Origin: a virus
Length of the DNA: 43,459 nucleotides
IMG/VR virus record: IMGVR_UViG_3300047409_000665
Span: 1 to 43,459 of that record
Strand: one strand, 5' to 3'
Shown here: positions 40,876-43,459 of the stretch, piece after piece
Numbering within the stretch: the first letter of the stretch is position 1
How the letters are laid out: each line of letters starts with the position of its first letter
Position numbers and translations under genes: made by a program
Notes under the pieces: generated by a model
What the model was told of the DNA's origin: nothing
The model's input: only the letters and a program-made list of their open reading frames with translations
Databases searched by the model: none

Positions 40876-42291
40876 TTACAATGAGTTACACGTGTATGTC
40901 ATTGTATTTGAATCACATGTCGCTTTCACGTCGCTAATATATTGCACGAAATTGCCTCCGCTTGCAATGCTATTTGAAGGTATTTCTACCGGCGAGCTAG
41001 TAGCAAAGCTAGTAGCAAATCCAGCGAGATCGCCCCGTGGCTTCTGCAGGGTCTTGGGAGTCGGAACGGCCGCCATCGGAGCGTCGGTTACTCGCATTGT
41101 CACGTAGCGGCCGTAGTAACGCTGGGTTGTCGCCATGTCGCCGTGTCTGAGCCAGAGGCTTCCTTGTAACATGCCATCCCGCGAGATGACCTGGCATCCA
41201 GCGTAGGCTCGGAGTTCATGAATTCCTTTTTGTGTTTTCCAGCCTAAATTTCGGAGCCATTCGTTGACTTCTCGGAATACGCCGTCGAGGCGCCAAGTCA
41301 TCGTGCCCCCGATCACATATGCTCCAGGTGCCATGGCGTCGATCAGCGGTCCGAGGCGGGTCCAGGCATCATTTGCCACAGGAATCCGTGGGATAAGTTG
41401 CCCATTCTTTGTCGCCTCGCTCTCCCCGTATCCCATTCGGCCGCTCACGGCTCGCAGCTCGAGCTCAATGCGGCCCGCGACGGGTACGAACCAGTCCGCC
41501 CGCACCGCGCTGATTTCCGACTTCCTGAGACCGAATCCCAGGGCTAGCCAACAAACCAAATAGCGATCAGGCTGATCTTCCCTGCTGGATTCCAGTTCAG
41601 CGAATGTCTTGGCAATAAGCCAATCCGGCGGCGGTTGGTAATCCTTGTTGCGCCCCTTGCCAAACCCAGGGGTATTCCGGAACCCGTCCATCGAGGGAAG
41701 GACCAGGCCGGCGCGTCGCGAATAATAATGCAACAACTCTCTTGTGAAGATCATGCGAGCCTGCCTGAGCGTCGAGATTCCTCCATTTCTCGCTCGGCTC
41801 AACGCTGCCATTCCCTTGCCAAGGGCTGTCTTCTCTTTGATCTCGCCATAGCGAATGACCAGGTCTTCATTGAGTTCTGATAAATCGCGATCTTTCCAGA
41901 CGGGCATGGTTCCCAAGCTCACTTCGATCACTCGCTTCAGAGCGCAAATATACCCATACCGAGTGGCCGGCTTCGCTTGCCCAGGTGCCCCCTGGAAGAT
42001 GGTCACCACCTGCCCCACAGTGACTGCGGCAACGGTAGACTTGGTTTGTTCGGACGGCGGACGCAGCGAGTCGAGTGCTGCTGAGACTCGGCCCTCGAGC
42101 CCGGCCTGCAAGATCCGCTTGGCAATCTCCACCGCCGAATCCCTCGCACTGGTTCCGAGGGATTTCGGGATTTGTTTTCCATTAAGACTGATCCGGATTT
42201 CCCAGGACGCGTGCGGGCTTCCACGCTGGAATATCTTGCGCGGCAGTCCTCGAAACTTGAATTCGTGGGTGACGTAGTATCGCTCAGGCAT
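40876..42291 (-). CDS. int: Tyrosine recombinase / phage integrase
   Basis: LALGFGLRKSEISAVRADW (Arg box), HELRAYAG..., LWLRHGDMATTQRYYGRY (His and Tyr nucleophile region). Confidence 0.85.
   Translation of the reverse strand: MPERYYVTHEFKFRGLPRKIFQRGSPHASWEIRISLNGKQIPKSLGTSARDSAVEIAKRILQAGLEGRVSAALDSLRPPSEQTKSTVAAVTVGQVVTIFQGAPGQAKPATRYGYICALKRVIEVSLGTMPVWKDRDLSELNEDLVIRYGEIKEKTALGKGMAALSRARNGGISTLRQARMIFTRELLHYYSRRAGLVLPSMDGFRNTPGFGKGRNKDYQPPPDWLIAKTFAELESSREDQPDRYLVCWLALGFGLRKSEISAVRADWFVPVAGRIELELRAVSGRMGYGESEATKNGQLIPRIPVANDAWTRLGPLIDAMAPGAYVIGGTMTWRLDGVFREVNEWLRNLGWKTQKGIHELRAYAGCQVISRDGMLQGSLWLRHGDMATTQRYYGRYVTMRVTDAPMAAVPTPKTLQKPRGDLAGFATSFATSSPVEIPSNSIASGGNFVQYISDVKATCDSNTMTYTCNSL
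40997..41019. repeat. Arm-type repeat pair CTAGTAGCAAA x2, right of the att core (inside the int 3' end)
   Basis: Copies at 40997-41007 and 41009-41019 with 12-nt period; they encode FATSFATS in Int. Confidence 0.6.
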
Positions 42292-42841
42292 AATCAGGGA
42301 AATCCATATTTGCTAAGAGAATGCTAAAGAATGTCCACACCCGCCGGCGGTCCTGCTCCCTCAGAGGGAGTTCTTCCCATGGCTCATCGCGTCCAGTACG
42401 GCATTGCAATTGTATGCGCTCTTCATGATTATCGTATTCAGGCCGACCTCCCCAGATCTCGCCAATAAACCGGGTACGCGGTTGATCACCTTGATCGAAA
42501 CGCCCATCGGGATCGGTTCCTATCGCATCGAGCAAAGGATGGTAGCCGCCCCCAGGGCGGATCGGGACTCCAGCAAATGCAAAGGTTTGAGGCTCGACCA
42601 TCCCGTTCGGTCGGCTTCGCCACGAGGTGATTTTGATGGCGTAGGCATATCCGCAAATTTCTTCTTCTCGGATCTGCCAATTCTGGCTCTCTTTTTCCCA
42701 TCGTACGCTGGCCTCCTGCTCAGTCTCCCCTGCGCGTGGTAATGGGTCGGGCAAAGGTCCAACATGCCCCAGAATCCATTCGAGTGCCCTGGCGGCCTCT
42801 AGCCGAGCGCCGGCTTTATCAGTTGATTGTATCATCCACAA
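42284..42841 (-). CDS. Hypothetical protein in the lysogeny operon (185 aa)
   Basis: Lies between the RHH repressor candidate and int, overlapping the int start by 8 nt. Confidence 0.5.
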   Translation of the reverse strand: MWMIQSTDKAGARLEAARALEWILGHVGPLPDPLPRAGETEQEASVRWEKESQNWQIREEEICGYAYAIKITSWRSRPNGMVEPQTFAFAGVPIRPGGGYHPLLDAIGTDPDGRFDQGDQPRTRFIGEIWGGRPEYDNHEERIQLQCRTGRDEPWEELPLREQDRRRVWTFFSILLANMDFPDYA

Positions 42842-42882
42842 GTACCATGCAGAAGAGGCTTGTGCACAGCAATTAAATTTAA

Positions 42883-43272
42883 CTAGTTAACTTGCCCGTC
42901 CGATTTGTCGCTTTCGGCTTGGGAATTCGATGTTTGGGCACCGATCATATCAGGGGAATCGCCGGGGCGAGTTTGAGTTTCACCGTGCCACCGAGCATGG
43001 GCCGCGGCTTGTTTCATCTCCCTGGTTCCCCTCTTTCCTCCCCCTTTGCCGGCACGTCCACCGAGTCTTCCGCGGGCGACGGCAGCCGGATCTTTCTCAA
43101 TTTCCTTAGCTTTAAGAGTAATTTTGTGCCGTTCCGGCTTCTGAAGAAATTCCTCGATCGCCAGCCGGATGATGGTGGCGCTGGTCAAGCCAAATTGACG
43201 TGCTCGTAGCTGAAGCTCTCGCTTCATCTCAGCTGTGCATCTAACCAGAAAGCCCACTGGATAATTCACCAA
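42883..43272 (-). CDS. Ribbon-helix-helix protein; lysogeny repressor candidate
   Basis: VRCTAEMKRELQLRARQFGLTSATIIRLAIEEFL RHH pattern plus a basic tail. It is the first gene of the leftward int operon, divergent from 61..282. Confidence 0.6.
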   Translation of the reverse strand: MVNYPVGFLVRCTAEMKRELQLRARQFGLTSATIIRLAIEEFLQKPERHKITLKAKEIEKDPAAVARGRLGGRAGKGGGKRGTREMKQAAAHARWHGETQTRPGDSPDMIGAQTSNSQAESDKSDGQVN

Positions 43273-43332
43273 TTAACGCTAGGGAAACCGCATACAATGT
43301 CAATCGTTCGTAAACTCGGCAAGGGTTATCCG

Positions 43333-43459
43333 TATTATTTATGTTTACTTTGTGAACATGTCCGTACACAAATAATCGCATCATTGTAATATATGAAGAC
43401 CGAAATCAATTCGCCCTCAGAAGAGGCCGCTCCGATTCGGCAGGATGCCGCGGTGATGG
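43333..43459. repeat. Terminal direct repeat, right copy (duplicate of 1..127)
   Basis: Exact 127-nt identity with 1..127. Confidence 0.97.

Noticed and set aside
40801-40880. A complete tRNA gene
   Set aside because: Only positions 1-38 of a tRNA-Arg(ACG) are present. The 3' anticodon-stem strand does not pair (GCAAA versus the required TCAGA), and there is no T-arm or acceptor 3' strand.

Overview
The window is a complete, circularly assembled temperate phage genome. Bases 1-127 are identical to 43333-43459, so the unique length is 43,332 bp. About 57 protein genes are tightly packed, many joined by 4-nt ATGA/GTGA/TTGA stop-start overlaps.

Plus-strand genes, in order:
- an early operon: RHH Cro-like regulator, HTH proteins, a replisome organizer with internal iterons, a DnaC-like loader and a DnaB helicase
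- the large terminase
- a frame-disrupted C5 DNA methyltransferase
- the portal, scaffold and SU10/DUF5309-like HK97-fold major capsid
- head/neck proteins and a 1560-aa repeat-rich fibre
- small membrane proteins
- tail and internal-virion (ejection) proteins, including an 1169-aa HExxH protein.
No tail tube, sheath or tape-measure gene is recognisable, so a podovirus-like virion is likely.

Minus-strand islands interrupt this backbone:
- brnT/brnA (10708-11182)
- a Uma2 nuclease + 273-aa unknown + PIN trio (13756-15688)
- a DUF2335 pair and a lipoprotein (39008-40640)
- the lysogeny module: RHH repressor candidate, ORF185 and a tyrosine integrase (40876-43272).

Beside int lies an attP-like region. 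It has a 39-nt 5' half of tRNA-Arg(ACG) flanked by four direct CTAGTAGCAAA arm-type repeats.

Most worth follow-up:
- the antisense Uma2/273-aa/PIN island as a candidate uncharacterised TA or defence module
- the methyltransferase whose conserved motifs are spread over three reading frames around C-runs
- the attP that carries the 5' rather than the 3' half of a tRNA
- heptamer (TGAYNAG) arrays at late-module junctions
- a diverged relic of the 1169-aa gene's 3' end that brackets the DUF2335 cassette
- duplicated small structural and accessory genes.

All family assignments come from motif recognition by eye and need HMM or structure confirmation.
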